IMG/VR virus record: IMGVR_UViG_3300050156_000143
Span: 213,517-277,516 of that record
Strand: one strand, 5' to 3'
From: a virus
Lineage: Duplodnaviria; Caudoviricetes
DNA length: 64,000 nucleotides
In this document: positions 29,465 to 37,452 of the stretch, in pieces
How positions within the stretch are numbered: the first letter of the stretch is position 1
Layout: each line of letters begins with the position of its first letter
Notes under the pieces: model-generated
Told to the model about the DNA's origin: nothing
The model's input: the letters and a program-made list of their open reading frames with translations, nothing else
Database searches by the model: none
Program-made: the position numbers and the translations under genes

Positions 29465-30061
29465 ATGAAAAATTTCCATCTTGTACAACAGTTTCAGTCA
29501 GCATTTAACTGCAATATTGGCACCACACCATCTTTTCCCGACAACAAGGAACGCGCATTGCGGTTGCGCCTGCTGATAGAGGAATATGATGAACTTTTGG
29601 AAGCAGAAGATGCTGATGATTTTATTGAGGTGTGTGATGCGATTGGCGACCTGAAATACATCATCAACGGCACTTTGGTGTCATACGGTGCGGAATACGT
29701 TGCGATCAATAATGCGGTGCATGTTGGAGGAATCCCGGCTTTCCCAACCCATCACACTAGACGCTCGCTGGTGCAATGTGTTAAACAAATTGTTGATAAC
29801 ATTCGGGTGGCCGAGTTTGACAATCTGTATATCACAGTGGTGATCATGTTATCCACGTTGGATACCATTTTGGATAACATGAGTATTGCATATGGCATTC
29901 CGATTCAGGAGATATTTGAGGAAATCCATGCGAGCAATATGAGCAAACTTGACGATAATGGTGAGCCAATCTTTAGAGAAGACGGTAAGGTGCTAAAAAG
30001 TCATAACTTCTTTCAACCAAAGATTGAAGAAATCTTGATTAAACACGGGTGGGTCAAATGA
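29465..30061 (+). CDS. MazG-like/HisE-like nucleoside triphosphate pyrophosphohydrolase
   Basis: LIEEYDEL, DAIGDLKY, EEIHASNMSK, REDGKVLK. Confidence 0.85.
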   Translation: MKNFHLVQQFQSAFNCNIGTTPSFPDNKERALRLRLLIEEYDELLEAEDADDFIEVCDAIGDLKYIINGTLVSYGAEYVAINNAVHVGGIPAFPTHHTRRSLVQCVKQIVDNIRVAEFDNLYITVVIMLSTLDTILDNMSIAYGIPIQEIFEEIHASNMSKLDDNGEPIFREDGKVLKSHNFFQPKIEEILIKHGWVK

Positions 30062-30248
30062 GTTTATACGCCCCCACTCTCCGATCCTTGACCGAGACGG
30101 TTTTTGCAGAATGTGTGATGAGAAAATTAACCGTGATGACGCAAAAGTGGTCACGTGGTATTCACATCGTAATCGAGGGATGACCATCATTTTGTGCAAA
30201 CCGTGTATACAAAAGTTAGCAAATATGATCGAAAAGGACAATGAATGA
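30058..30248 (+). pseudogene. small Zn-finger ORF (CxxC...CxxC), apparently frameshifted near the start
   Basis: The frame containing FCRMC...LCKPC ends at TGA 30246-30248 but has no ATG/GTG/TTG before the first Cys; ATG 30058 is one base out of frame. Confidence 0.4.
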
Positions 30249-31000
30249 ATTTCATCTACAATAGCAACGGATTACCGTTTTTGTCAGAATCTGACTTAAT
30301 TCTGAAGGATTATTTTGTTCGCAGTATTGCGCACGATGTTAAACAAATCATGAAAGAGCAAAATAGGGCATGGGATTTTGTTCAACTTGAATCGCCGTGT
30401 TTGATACCACGTGAACTGATTAACCAAAATTACACCAACGATGATGTTTGGGTACAATCTGGTGACAGCAATTTAGTTCTCAAACCAGAAACAACCCCAG
30501 CAACATATGCGGCAATGGTTGAGCAAGTTCAGGCCCGTAACGTTGTGCCTCCAATTTGTTTTTGGCAGGTCTCAAAAAGTTTCCGACGAGAGCAAGATCA
30601 GCCGACCAAACACTGTCGCTTCAAAGAGTTTTATCAAATGGAGTTTCAGTGTCTGTATACGGCTGATACAAAAAACAATTATCAGGAAAACGTGGTGGAA
30701 AAGCTGGCCACCATGATTATGAAATTGTTGTCTCTACCGACTCGGCTAGTTTTGTCAGACAGGTTGCCATCATATTCAATGAAAACTATTGACATTGAAG
30801 TCAACAATTCAGACAAGTGGATGGAAGTTGCTTCTATATCAGTGCGTACTGATTTTCCAGTTATCCCGGTGGTGAGAGGGAAATCAAGCGAATGTTTGGT
30901 GTTGGAAATTGCGATCGGGGTTGATCGATTGATATACAATTATCATCAGCGTCAACGTGTTATTCCTATCATGATAGTGGAGAATTGCGTCCAGCCCTGA
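30245..31000 (+). CDS. glycyl-tRNA synthetase-like class II aaRS catalytic core (no anticodon-binding domain)
   Basis: LKPET, SKSFRRE (motif 2), EFYQMEFQ, Y...T.DIE, E.ASIS.R.D, IGVDRL (motif 3). Confidence 0.8.
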   Translation: MNFIYNSNGLPFLSESDLILKDYFVRSIAHDVKQIMKEQNRAWDFVQLESPCLIPRELINQNYTNDDVWVQSGDSNLVLKPETTPATYAAMVEQVQARNVVPPICFWQVSKSFRREQDQPTKHCRFKEFYQMEFQCLYTADTKNNYQENVVEKLATMIMKLLSLPTRLVLSDRLPSYSMKTIDIEVNNSDKWMEVASISVRTDFPVIPVVRGKSSECLVLEIAIGVDRLIYNYHQRQRVIPIMIVENCVQP

Positions 31001-31042
31001 CGTGGTGTAAAGAGGGGCGTGGTGAACATCATTAAATAATGG

Positions 31043-32089
31043 ATGCTATGTGAAAAGATCACCACCCCCAACTTACTCCAGTCGCTTTCGTATGCCATAT
31101 TACAAACATTGGCTGAGCAATACAAAACTGGAAATTGCAATATAAGGTACGCCACTAATGTCTATGACCGGATCGTCCCATCCGTCGCTATATCTGACAT
31201 TCGTCTCCCAATATCAATTCGCGAATCCAGTGACGAGGACTTCCTAACGTTTATAAAAACCAACGAGAATTTGCGAATTAAGATGCGAGCGCAAGTAGAT
31301 ACTGGATTTGTTTCAGTTGACGGGGAGTTTTTTGCAAGAACGAATCTCATCGAGTTAAGGGTGACCCCACAGTTCATGGACAAATTTGACGAAACCTTTG
31401 ACCCGCACAAGTTGGGGTCAGTGTTAACCCATGAACTAACCCACGCATATGATAATTGGATTTCAAAAGAAAAATATACACACAATAAACTGTCAATGAC
31501 CGGATTGAGAGCGCAAGGCCATGCGACCGATATGAATTTGTCCCCGGAAGATCGTGTCAAACATATAAAAGCATATCGTGGTTCACCCCATGAAATCAAT
31601 GCCAGATTTTATCAATCTATTCATACAATCCCAACCCCGAATACAGTCAGTTTGCGTGACTTTGTGTTTGATTTTGCACGCACGTTCGACGGTTTTGAGG
31701 ATTTGACCAGCGAAGACAGAAAGAGAATTCTATCCAGGGTCGGTGCATATTGGGCAAGCCAAAATCCCACACGTCGGTCAGTCAATTTGCAGCCAATTGT
31801 TGAACGATTGAATGATAAGTTAAACGGCCTGGCTACTGTTCAACTGAAATCTGCCGGGAGAGTTAGCGTAGAAGTTTCCCTATCGGCGAGCGACACGGAT
31901 ATGAGTGCTGCAATAAAACGCATTTGTAAATTTGCCGATACTTACCACCAAACTGTCGAAATAGAATCCATCCCTCAAATGATCGCGCGTGAATTTGACT
32001 TCAAGAAAAATGCCGGGAGAACCAAACGATTTGATTTGTCAGTACATACTATTGCGTATCGTGAGCCAAAGCCTAGACAATCGGTGTGA
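31043..32089 (+). CDS. late protein with HExxH zinc-metallopeptidase motif
   Basis: VLTHELTHAYD plus downstream HEINAR; TTAAATA at 31032-31038. Confidence 0.6.
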   Translation: MLCEKITTPNLLQSLSYAILQTLAEQYKTGNCNIRYATNVYDRIVPSVAISDIRLPISIRESSDEDFLTFIKTNENLRIKMRAQVDTGFVSVDGEFFARTNLIELRVTPQFMDKFDETFDPHKLGSVLTHELTHAYDNWISKEKYTHNKLSMTGLRAQGHATDMNLSPEDRVKHIKAYRGSPHEINARFYQSIHTIPTPNTVSLRDFVFDFARTFDGFEDLTSEDRKRILSRVGAYWASQNPTRRSVNLQPIVERLNDKLNGLATVQLKSAGRVSVEVSLSASDTDMSAAIKRICKFADTYHQTVEIESIPQMIAREFDFKKNAGRTKRFDLSVHTIAYREPKPRQSV

Positions 32090-32122
32090 CGGGTATACTG
32101 CGTTAACGATAACGTAACCCAC

Positions 32123-32148
32123 AAAAAAGCGGCCTAGGCCGCTTTTTT
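32123..32148. terminator. bidirectional terminator between convergent genes
   Basis: AAAAAAGCGGCCTAGGCCGCTTTTTT perfect palindrome. Confidence 0.9.
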
Positions 32149-32150
32149 CA

Positions 32151-33260
32151 TTAGTGGATGATAAGGTACGTCCCAATGACATCGTGACGGTTTGCCGAAT
32201 CGTCACCATCGCCTGGCACCACGATGACATTCCATTTTGGCGTATCACGTTCAGGCAATTCCATCATTTCGCCATAAGTTAAAATAGTTGAGTTATCGAT
32301 GTGATAGGTTGACGCCAACCGAGCTTTGAACTCATCAAATGCAGCATCATCAATGAATTGCATTTTGCCCTCAGCGTTGCGTATCAATTTTCTACCAACT
32401 TTTTGAATCAGATCGCCAAACATCTTTTCTGGCACCACTCGTGCATGTTTGGTTTTCGTGAAATTGATCTGCTTTTCCTGGGAGGCTTGCGCTCCTGAGC
32501 TAAAATTCATTCTGAAATTTGGCGGACGCTCCGACGTTGCAACTGCCGCAATTTTGGTATATGCGTAAAATCCAACCGTTGGATGACGTCTCGCAACTCT
32601 GAACGCCATTTCCAAGTATTCTGGACTAAAGAAATCCCCGGCGTCATGCCACCGTACTACAATTTTGCTCCCACGGTTTTTGTGCTTTTCAATTGCAATT
32701 TCAGATGCAATTACTTCCTCGAATCCTTCTGGGTCATTCAACAAAAAGTTCAGCATCTTGGATTGATTCAAGCTGACATTTTTAAACATGACATAACTAC
32801 TATCCATTGCGTAGCAAAACGTCTTGCACGCGCCCGCACCTGGACACGTGTCAACTACAACGAATTCGCCAGTGGATTCATTTACCGCCAAACCTTTTAA
32901 GGCCGGTAACCCCACATTGTAAAAAACCGAGGTGGAACCATCGCTGTGCTGCATTTTTTCATTTTGTTTTAAGATTGTGGTAGGCTTTGTGGTGATGGCT
33001 GCTTTCAATTTTTCCAAATCGTATTTCCTACCTTGGGAATTGACAATTGGTACGTTACTGCTGTGAATATAAGGATACTCGTATTTGTCAGTTTTTTCTT
33101 TGGATTTGCTCTGGATTCGGCCAACATAGTCATCCAGTTCATCGTGACCAAGTACACGATGTTTTGCGCCCAATAGATCGGCCTCGGTCAACCCCGAAGA
33201 ATCATGCACGAATTGTGCCAAACTCACGTAGGTCAAATTGTTTTTAATTTTGTATTTCAT
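32151..33260 (-). CDS. GP88-like protein with Cys cluster (radical-SAM-like)
   Basis: TCPGAGACKTFCYA, RWHDAGDFFS..Y, YAYTK; TTAAATA on the minus strand at 33265-33271 before ATG 33260. Confidence 0.7.
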   Translation of the reverse strand: MKYKIKNNLTYVSLAQFVHDSSGLTEADLLGAKHRVLGHDELDDYVGRIQSKSKEKTDKYEYPYIHSSNVPIVNSQGRKYDLEKLKAAITTKPTTILKQNEKMQHSDGSTSVFYNVGLPALKGLAVNESTGEFVVVDTCPGAGACKTFCYAMDSSYVMFKNVSLNQSKMLNFLLNDPEGFEEVIASEIAIEKHKNRGSKIVVRWHDAGDFFSPEYLEMAFRVARRHPTVGFYAYTKIAAVATSERPPNFRMNFSSGAQASQEKQINFTKTKHARVVPEKMFGDLIQKVGRKLIRNAEGKMQFIDDAAFDEFKARLASTYHIDNSTILTYGEMMELPERDTPKWNVIVVPGDGDDSANRHDVIGTYLIIH

Positions 33261-33317
33261 CGTGTATTTAATGTCCCCACACAATGGTCAGGTATTGACA
33301 TTCCGGTGATTCCACAG

Positions 33318-33350
33318 TGCTACACTGCATTCACTGCACTGAAGCAGACA
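33318..33350 (+). promoter_or_regulatory. early promoter plus 5' stem-loop cassette, copy 2
   Basis: TGC-TACACT (extended -10) GCATTCA CTGC-ACTGAA-GCAG ACA. Confidence 0.65.
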
Positions 33351-33369
33351 ACCACCAGGACACCAAGTA

Positions 33370-33564
33370 ATGACCACCTTCATTCTTTACCACAGCGCCA
33401 AAGAAGTTCGCAACGTGATTGGAACCGACATTGGCGATGCGGCCAAACAGTGCCCAGAACTGAGTTCTCCAACTTTTGTTGAACATGATGGTAACGTCTT
33501 TGCTTATCAATGGGTGGGCGAAAAGGCGTTTGAATTGATCGAGCGCGAATTTTCTCAATATTGA
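33370..33564 (+). CDS. hypothetical protein
   Basis: AGGA RBS; first gene after the cassette. Confidence 0.6.
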   Translation: MTTFILYHSAKEVRNVIGTDIGDAAKQCPELSSPTFVEHDGNVFAYQWVGEKAFELIEREFSQY

Positions 33565-34013
33565 TCCCCACCTTGGAGAACATCATGAACAACGCCATTT
33601 GGGCACCAAAGCCGTTCATGTCTAGCCAAATTTGCGTAAAAATTATGCACCGTGGCTATGAAATTTCCATTGCGTTGGACGATTCTGCTGGTGCTGCTGA
33701 CAGCTATGTGCGGACTATGTTGTGCATCTTTGATATCAACGATAACATCGTGACTCACGAATTTTGTGATCACCGTGAGTTATACAGTGTCACCAGTCTC
33801 GATCTGCAAAAAGTGCTGGAAGCGATTGATCGCAAAAAGGGATATGGTTGGCAAGAATGGCATGGCGTGCGTACTGGGCCAAACCTCCCAGACGACACTC
33901 AGATTGAAGTAATCATGCGCGACGGTTGGCAAGAACAAATGCGCAAAGATGAATTCTCATGGAGCCATAGTGGAGACCGGTCTGACATCATTCGCTACCG
34001 GATCGTTGAGTAA
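33561..34013 (+). CDS. hypothetical two-module protein
   Basis: C-terminal W.EW.G...P...V..RDG...W.H....DI..YR module. Confidence 0.6.
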   Translation: MIPTLENIMNNAIWAPKPFMSSQICVKIMHRGYEISIALDDSAGAADSYVRTMLCIFDINDNIVTHEFCDHRELYSVTSLDLQKVLEAIDRKKGYGWQEWHGVRTGPNLPDDTQIEVIMRDGWQEQMRKDEFSWSHSGDRSDIIRYRIVE

Positions 34014-34026
34014 GCTGGGGCGCGTC

Positions 34027-34536
34027 ATGAAAACCAAAGATGGGTATCAAATCAACGACAATGGCCACACAACGTCTAAATTGTGGCCCCATCAACCCGC
34101 CAGCATGTATGAAATCATGTACGCAAAATGGCGGGGAGCCGAAGACCGGGCTGCGCAGTATTACCACCAAATGCAAAATTTATATTCCACCCCAAAGTGT
34201 CCAAGCAGTCTCAATCACGTGTGGATCGTCCTGGTTAATATTGACGGCGATGCTACGGCCAAAGCATTTCGATCAAAACCAGACGCAATGAAATACATCA
34301 CCAAAGAAAAGGAATGGGCGCAATGCGAAACCACGCTGATTAACCAATATTGGAAAGCGTATAACAAAATTGCACTCAACACTTTCTGGGACGACACAGA
34401 TAACGATGACCAGTTCTATGACAAAGTCTGGCAACAGCTTCCGTATGTCGATGACAAAATCAAATGTATGTTGGAAAACTCATTCGATGAGCAGCCCGGC
34501 GTGTCACACACACTGATCAACACTAAGGTGTGGTGA
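34027..34536 (+). CDS. hypothetical protein
   Basis: Packed ORF. Confidence 0.6.
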   Translation: MKTKDGYQINDNGHTTSKLWPHQPASMYEIMYAKWRGAEDRAAQYYHQMQNLYSTPKCPSSLNHVWIVLVNIDGDATAKAFRSKPDAMKYITKEKEWAQCETTLINQYWKAYNKIALNTFWDDTDNDDQFYDKVWQQLPYVDDKIKCMLENSFDEQPGVSHTLINTKVW

Positions 34537-34537
34537 A

Positions 34538-35032
34538 ATGAAAACCGCGATCATCATTGATATTGACAACATCACGTTGGACGACCTGGACGTCATTCGG
34601 TCATTGCGCCATGACGGCGCCCATTTTTATGCAGTTGGATTGGCTCCCTCCAAATTCAACTACAAAAAGTGTGTTCAACAGTTGGACTCAAATCGTCCCA
34701 AATTTCACCAACTTGTCCGCATCTTTGCTGCAATACCGTCAGATTTGACACTTGTTGCGAACACTGTTGCGTCCCCGGAATCGTCAGATGTTGCAATTGC
34801 CAAGTTAGTTGGGAGCAAGATAGTCGGACATTTTGACCGAGCAGTTTTGGTCAGTAACGACAACAGTATCATGATGGTTGGCATCATGTTGAAACAAATC
34901 ATGCCAACTTGGGTCATGGTGACAAAACACATTAAAAACCATCTCCAAGACACCAACCGGAAAATGCACGGCGTCCCAATAATTCGCGCAAAACACTGGG
35001 GAATTTCAAATCTTTTGGAAAGGTATGTATGA
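34538..35032 (+). CDS. NYN/PIN-domain ribonuclease-like protein
   Basis: IIIDIDNI, SSDVAIA, LVSND acidic triad typical of NYN domains. Confidence 0.6.
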   Translation: MKTAIIIDIDNITLDDLDVIRSLRHDGAHFYAVGLAPSKFNYKKCVQQLDSNRPKFHQLVRIFAAIPSDLTLVANTVASPESSDVAIAKLVGSKIVGHFDRAVLVSNDNSIMMVGIMLKQIMPTWVMVTKHIKNHLQDTNRKMHGVPIIRAKHWGISNLLERYV

Positions 35033-35271
35033 ACGGGTCAATCATTGTGTATAGCAACCCTGCAACACAAGCATTTTGGGAATCTGGTTTACTCGGGCCA
35101 TTTAGCCTTGCAATGCTGGTGTTTATCCTGGGTCTCATGTTGGGAGAACGCTGGGTGAATGCACGGTACTCAAAATTCTCGCCCCAGCGTGACAAAATAA
35201 CTGGAATCATCTTTGGGGCCATCGTCGTGGCATCGATTGCCACCTTTTACCTAACTTCCAAATATATGTGA
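35029..35271 (+). CDS. membrane protein
   Basis: Two hydrophobic helices; IIVYSNP motif. Confidence 0.6.
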   Translation: MNGSIIVYSNPATQAFWESGLLGPFSLAMLVFILGLMLGERWVNARYSKFSPQRDKITGIIFGAIVVASIATFYLTSKYM

Positions 35272-35278
35272 GAACATC

Positions 35279-35857
35279 ATGAAATTGATCGATTTGCTGA
35301 AAAATGTGGACAAATCTGGCGAGTCTTGGAATCGCAATACGATCGACCCGGATGATATGTATCGCGCATTTCGCTTAGGAGACATCCCAGACTGGACAAA
35401 GTTGAACGCAGGATTGAGCGCATATTGGATCAAAGTGTGGATGTGTACTGATTCACACGTTGGCGTGTGTGCCATTTACCTGCATGGTGAACTGGTGGGA
35501 ATGTCGTCCCAGTCGGGTCGGAAATCATCGGTGGACTACTCGTGGATTTCACCAGAAGCGGCTCAAAAGGTGAAAAATTTTGCACTATCTTGCTGCGAAA
35601 TTTCTGAAGAACTTGGCACCATCTTGACCGAGGATGAACTCAACGAAGACGAAGGGGAACTAACGTCTGTCTCGTATGCGTGTCAGTTGTTGGACAAAAT
35701 TGAGGGGTATGTTGATGGCAAGGTTTGCTCCGTTATTGGCGTAAACGAGGGCGCAAACACAGTGTCTGTCAAATTCAGTGATGGAACCATGCGGGAATCC
35801 GTGCCAATTCGGAAATATAAATTTCCATATCGGGTGGTAAAAGGGGGATCATTGTGA
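35279..35857 (+). CDS. conserved phage hypothetical protein
   Basis: W.CTDSHVG....L.GE.V..S.QSGRKS motif. Confidence 0.7.
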   Translation: MKLIDLLKNVDKSGESWNRNTIDPDDMYRAFRLGDIPDWTKLNAGLSAYWIKVWMCTDSHVGVCAIYLHGELVGMSSQSGRKSSVDYSWISPEAAQKVKNFALSCCEISEELGTILTEDELNEDEGELTSVSYACQLLDKIEGYVDGKVCSVIGVNEGANTVSVKFSDGTMRESVPIRKYKFPYRVVKGGSL

Positions 35858-36561
35858 GTGCGATCGACAGGTTTGATCACGTACACGTCGCCAATTGGTA
35901 TGGGATCCCCGTCTATTGGCCCCAAGAAGTTTTCATGTCAAGTGACGTGACAGATGAAAAACAAGGTGAGTACCAGATTGATGAACACGTATTGGCAGTG
36001 GGTGGCGGAAGTGGGGAACATCCTGCGTTGATTTTGGATGTGGACGAATGTGTTCGCCAATGGATGCACACTCTGAAACTAGCGCTGAACTTCGAGGCTG
36101 GACGTGCCGACCTCGGCCCATTTGACCACCCGGATGTTCCATTAGCCACGTTGGACAATTACTTCAACGAGTTCTACGGTCATGGTCTCCATCGGTGGGG
36201 GATGAATTTAAACGAATGGCCACTGGAGACATTCATACGAATCCACGAGGAACGCCAACGTGTCAGACACGGTGATGAAATGTTGGGTATGCCGTTGGAA
36301 AAATACATCATGGTGCAATTTGGGATGTTCATTGCGGAGTTCATGCCACGTGCTTGCATTTCATCGCCAAAGTTGGGAGAAGCAGTTGATAAAGCGCTGG
36401 CAGAAGGTGCAATACGTGAATGCGGCCTTTTGCCACAAGATTTAGAACCACATGGGTTTGTCGGTCTGCTGCCAGGACAAGAGGGTGGACGAAAAAACAT
36501 CGGCAATAAAATTCAACACGGATACTCGCTGCACAATTGGCTCCGTGACAACCAAAGTTGA
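35854..36561 (+). CDS. hypothetical protein
   Basis: GTGA overlap; 235 aa. Confidence 0.65.
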   Translation: MSAIDRFDHVHVANWYGIPVYWPQEVFMSSDVTDEKQGEYQIDEHVLAVGGGSGEHPALILDVDECVRQWMHTLKLALNFEAGRADLGPFDHPDVPLATLDNYFNEFYGHGLHRWGMNLNEWPLETFIRIHEERQRVRHGDEMLGMPLEKYIMVQFGMFIAEFMPRACISSPKLGEAVDKALAEGAIRECGLLPQDLEPHGFVGLLPGQEGGRKNIGNKIQHGYSLHNWLRDNQS

Positions 36562-36602
36562 CTAAAACGGTGGGATTCACGGTGCAAAACACGGTTTTCG
36601 AT

Positions 36603-36630
36603 TACACTGCATTCACTGCAAACCCGCAGA
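36603..36630 (+). promoter_or_regulatory. early promoter plus 5' stem-loop cassette, copy 3
   Basis: TACACTGCATTCA CTGC-AAACCC-GCAG; GAGGA RBS follows. Confidence 0.6.
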
Positions 36631-36655
36631 GCAAACCGACACGAGGATAACAGCC

Positions 36656-36931
36656 ATGAACATCACTATTTCTGACGTATTTCACAATTCCACCCAATTT
36701 GGCGACGAGTTCACCAAAAAATGTTGTTGCGACGAAATTACTCACACTTGGGTTGTTTATGGTGAAGACCCGAACTGCGATTTCGGTGGGAGCCACGTAC
36801 AACCAATATTGGGATATATGCGGGGCACTTTTGACGCAGTCGCACGAGAAGCGTTGAAACACTCCAATTTTGTCACATGGGGTAGCGGCGGAAAACTGGT
36901 CGCCATTGAAATCAAAAAAATCAAGGCCTAA
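36656..36931 (+). CDS. hypothetical protein
   Basis: GEDPNCDFGGSH..P.LG...G.F...F..WG.GG motif. Confidence 0.65.
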   Translation: MNITISDVFHNSTQFGDEFTKKCCCDEITHTWVVYGEDPNCDFGGSHVQPILGYMRGTFDAVAREALKHSNFVTWGSGGKLVAIEIKKIKA

Positions 36932-36953
36932 TACGCTTCAAGGACTACAAACC

Positions 36954-37406
36954 ATGAATATTAACCTGACCACCAAATTGGCCATCGGCGACAACGCATT
37001 TTACGTCCAAGATGGGGGCGCATTTTGCAGCCAAGTGGAATCGATTCTCCTCACCATGAACAACGGTGAGTTGACCGTGAACTACAACCTGGCCAACGGT
37101 GCCTGCTACCGTGAAAATATGGTGTATGCCACCTTTGCGCAGTGTGAGCCAATGGTTTTGGGCACTATTGTTCAACAACCTGAAGAATACGAGATTGGTG
37201 TGTGGTATTCGTGGGATTCCGCCACTGGGGATTATTGTGGCCCGACACTGAACGGAGAATACGTGAGTGTGAGTGACACACATACCGGGGACGTCGAATT
37301 CGGTGATGGGAAAATCATAACCAACGATCTGGGCTGGGTGTGGAATGATCCGTCATCCAACGACTCTCGCATCGTCCGGTTCCGCCTCACTAGCAAGAAA
37401 TATTGA
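36954..37406 (+). CDS. hypothetical two-module protein
   Basis: AAGGA RBS; C-terminal module like that of 33561-34013. Confidence 0.65.
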   Translation: MNINLTTKLAIGDNAFYVQDGGAFCSQVESILLTMNNGELTVNYNLANGACYRENMVYATFAQCEPMVLGTIVQQPEEYEIGVWYSWDSATGDYCGPTLNGEYVSVSDTHTGDVEFGDGKIITNDLGWVWNDPSSNDSRIVRFRLTSKKY

Positions 37407-37426
37407 CCAACTGCCACCCCATCACA

Positions 37427-37452
37427 AAAAAAGCGCCCTAGGGCGCTTTTTT
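37427..37452. terminator. bidirectional terminator
   Basis: AAAAAAGCGCCCTAGGGCGCTTTTTT perfect palindrome. Confidence 0.88.

Noticed and set aside
13321-36630. Repeated 18-mer as a CRISPR repeat
   Set aside because: Only three copies, kilobases apart, with no spacer periodicity and no cas operon.
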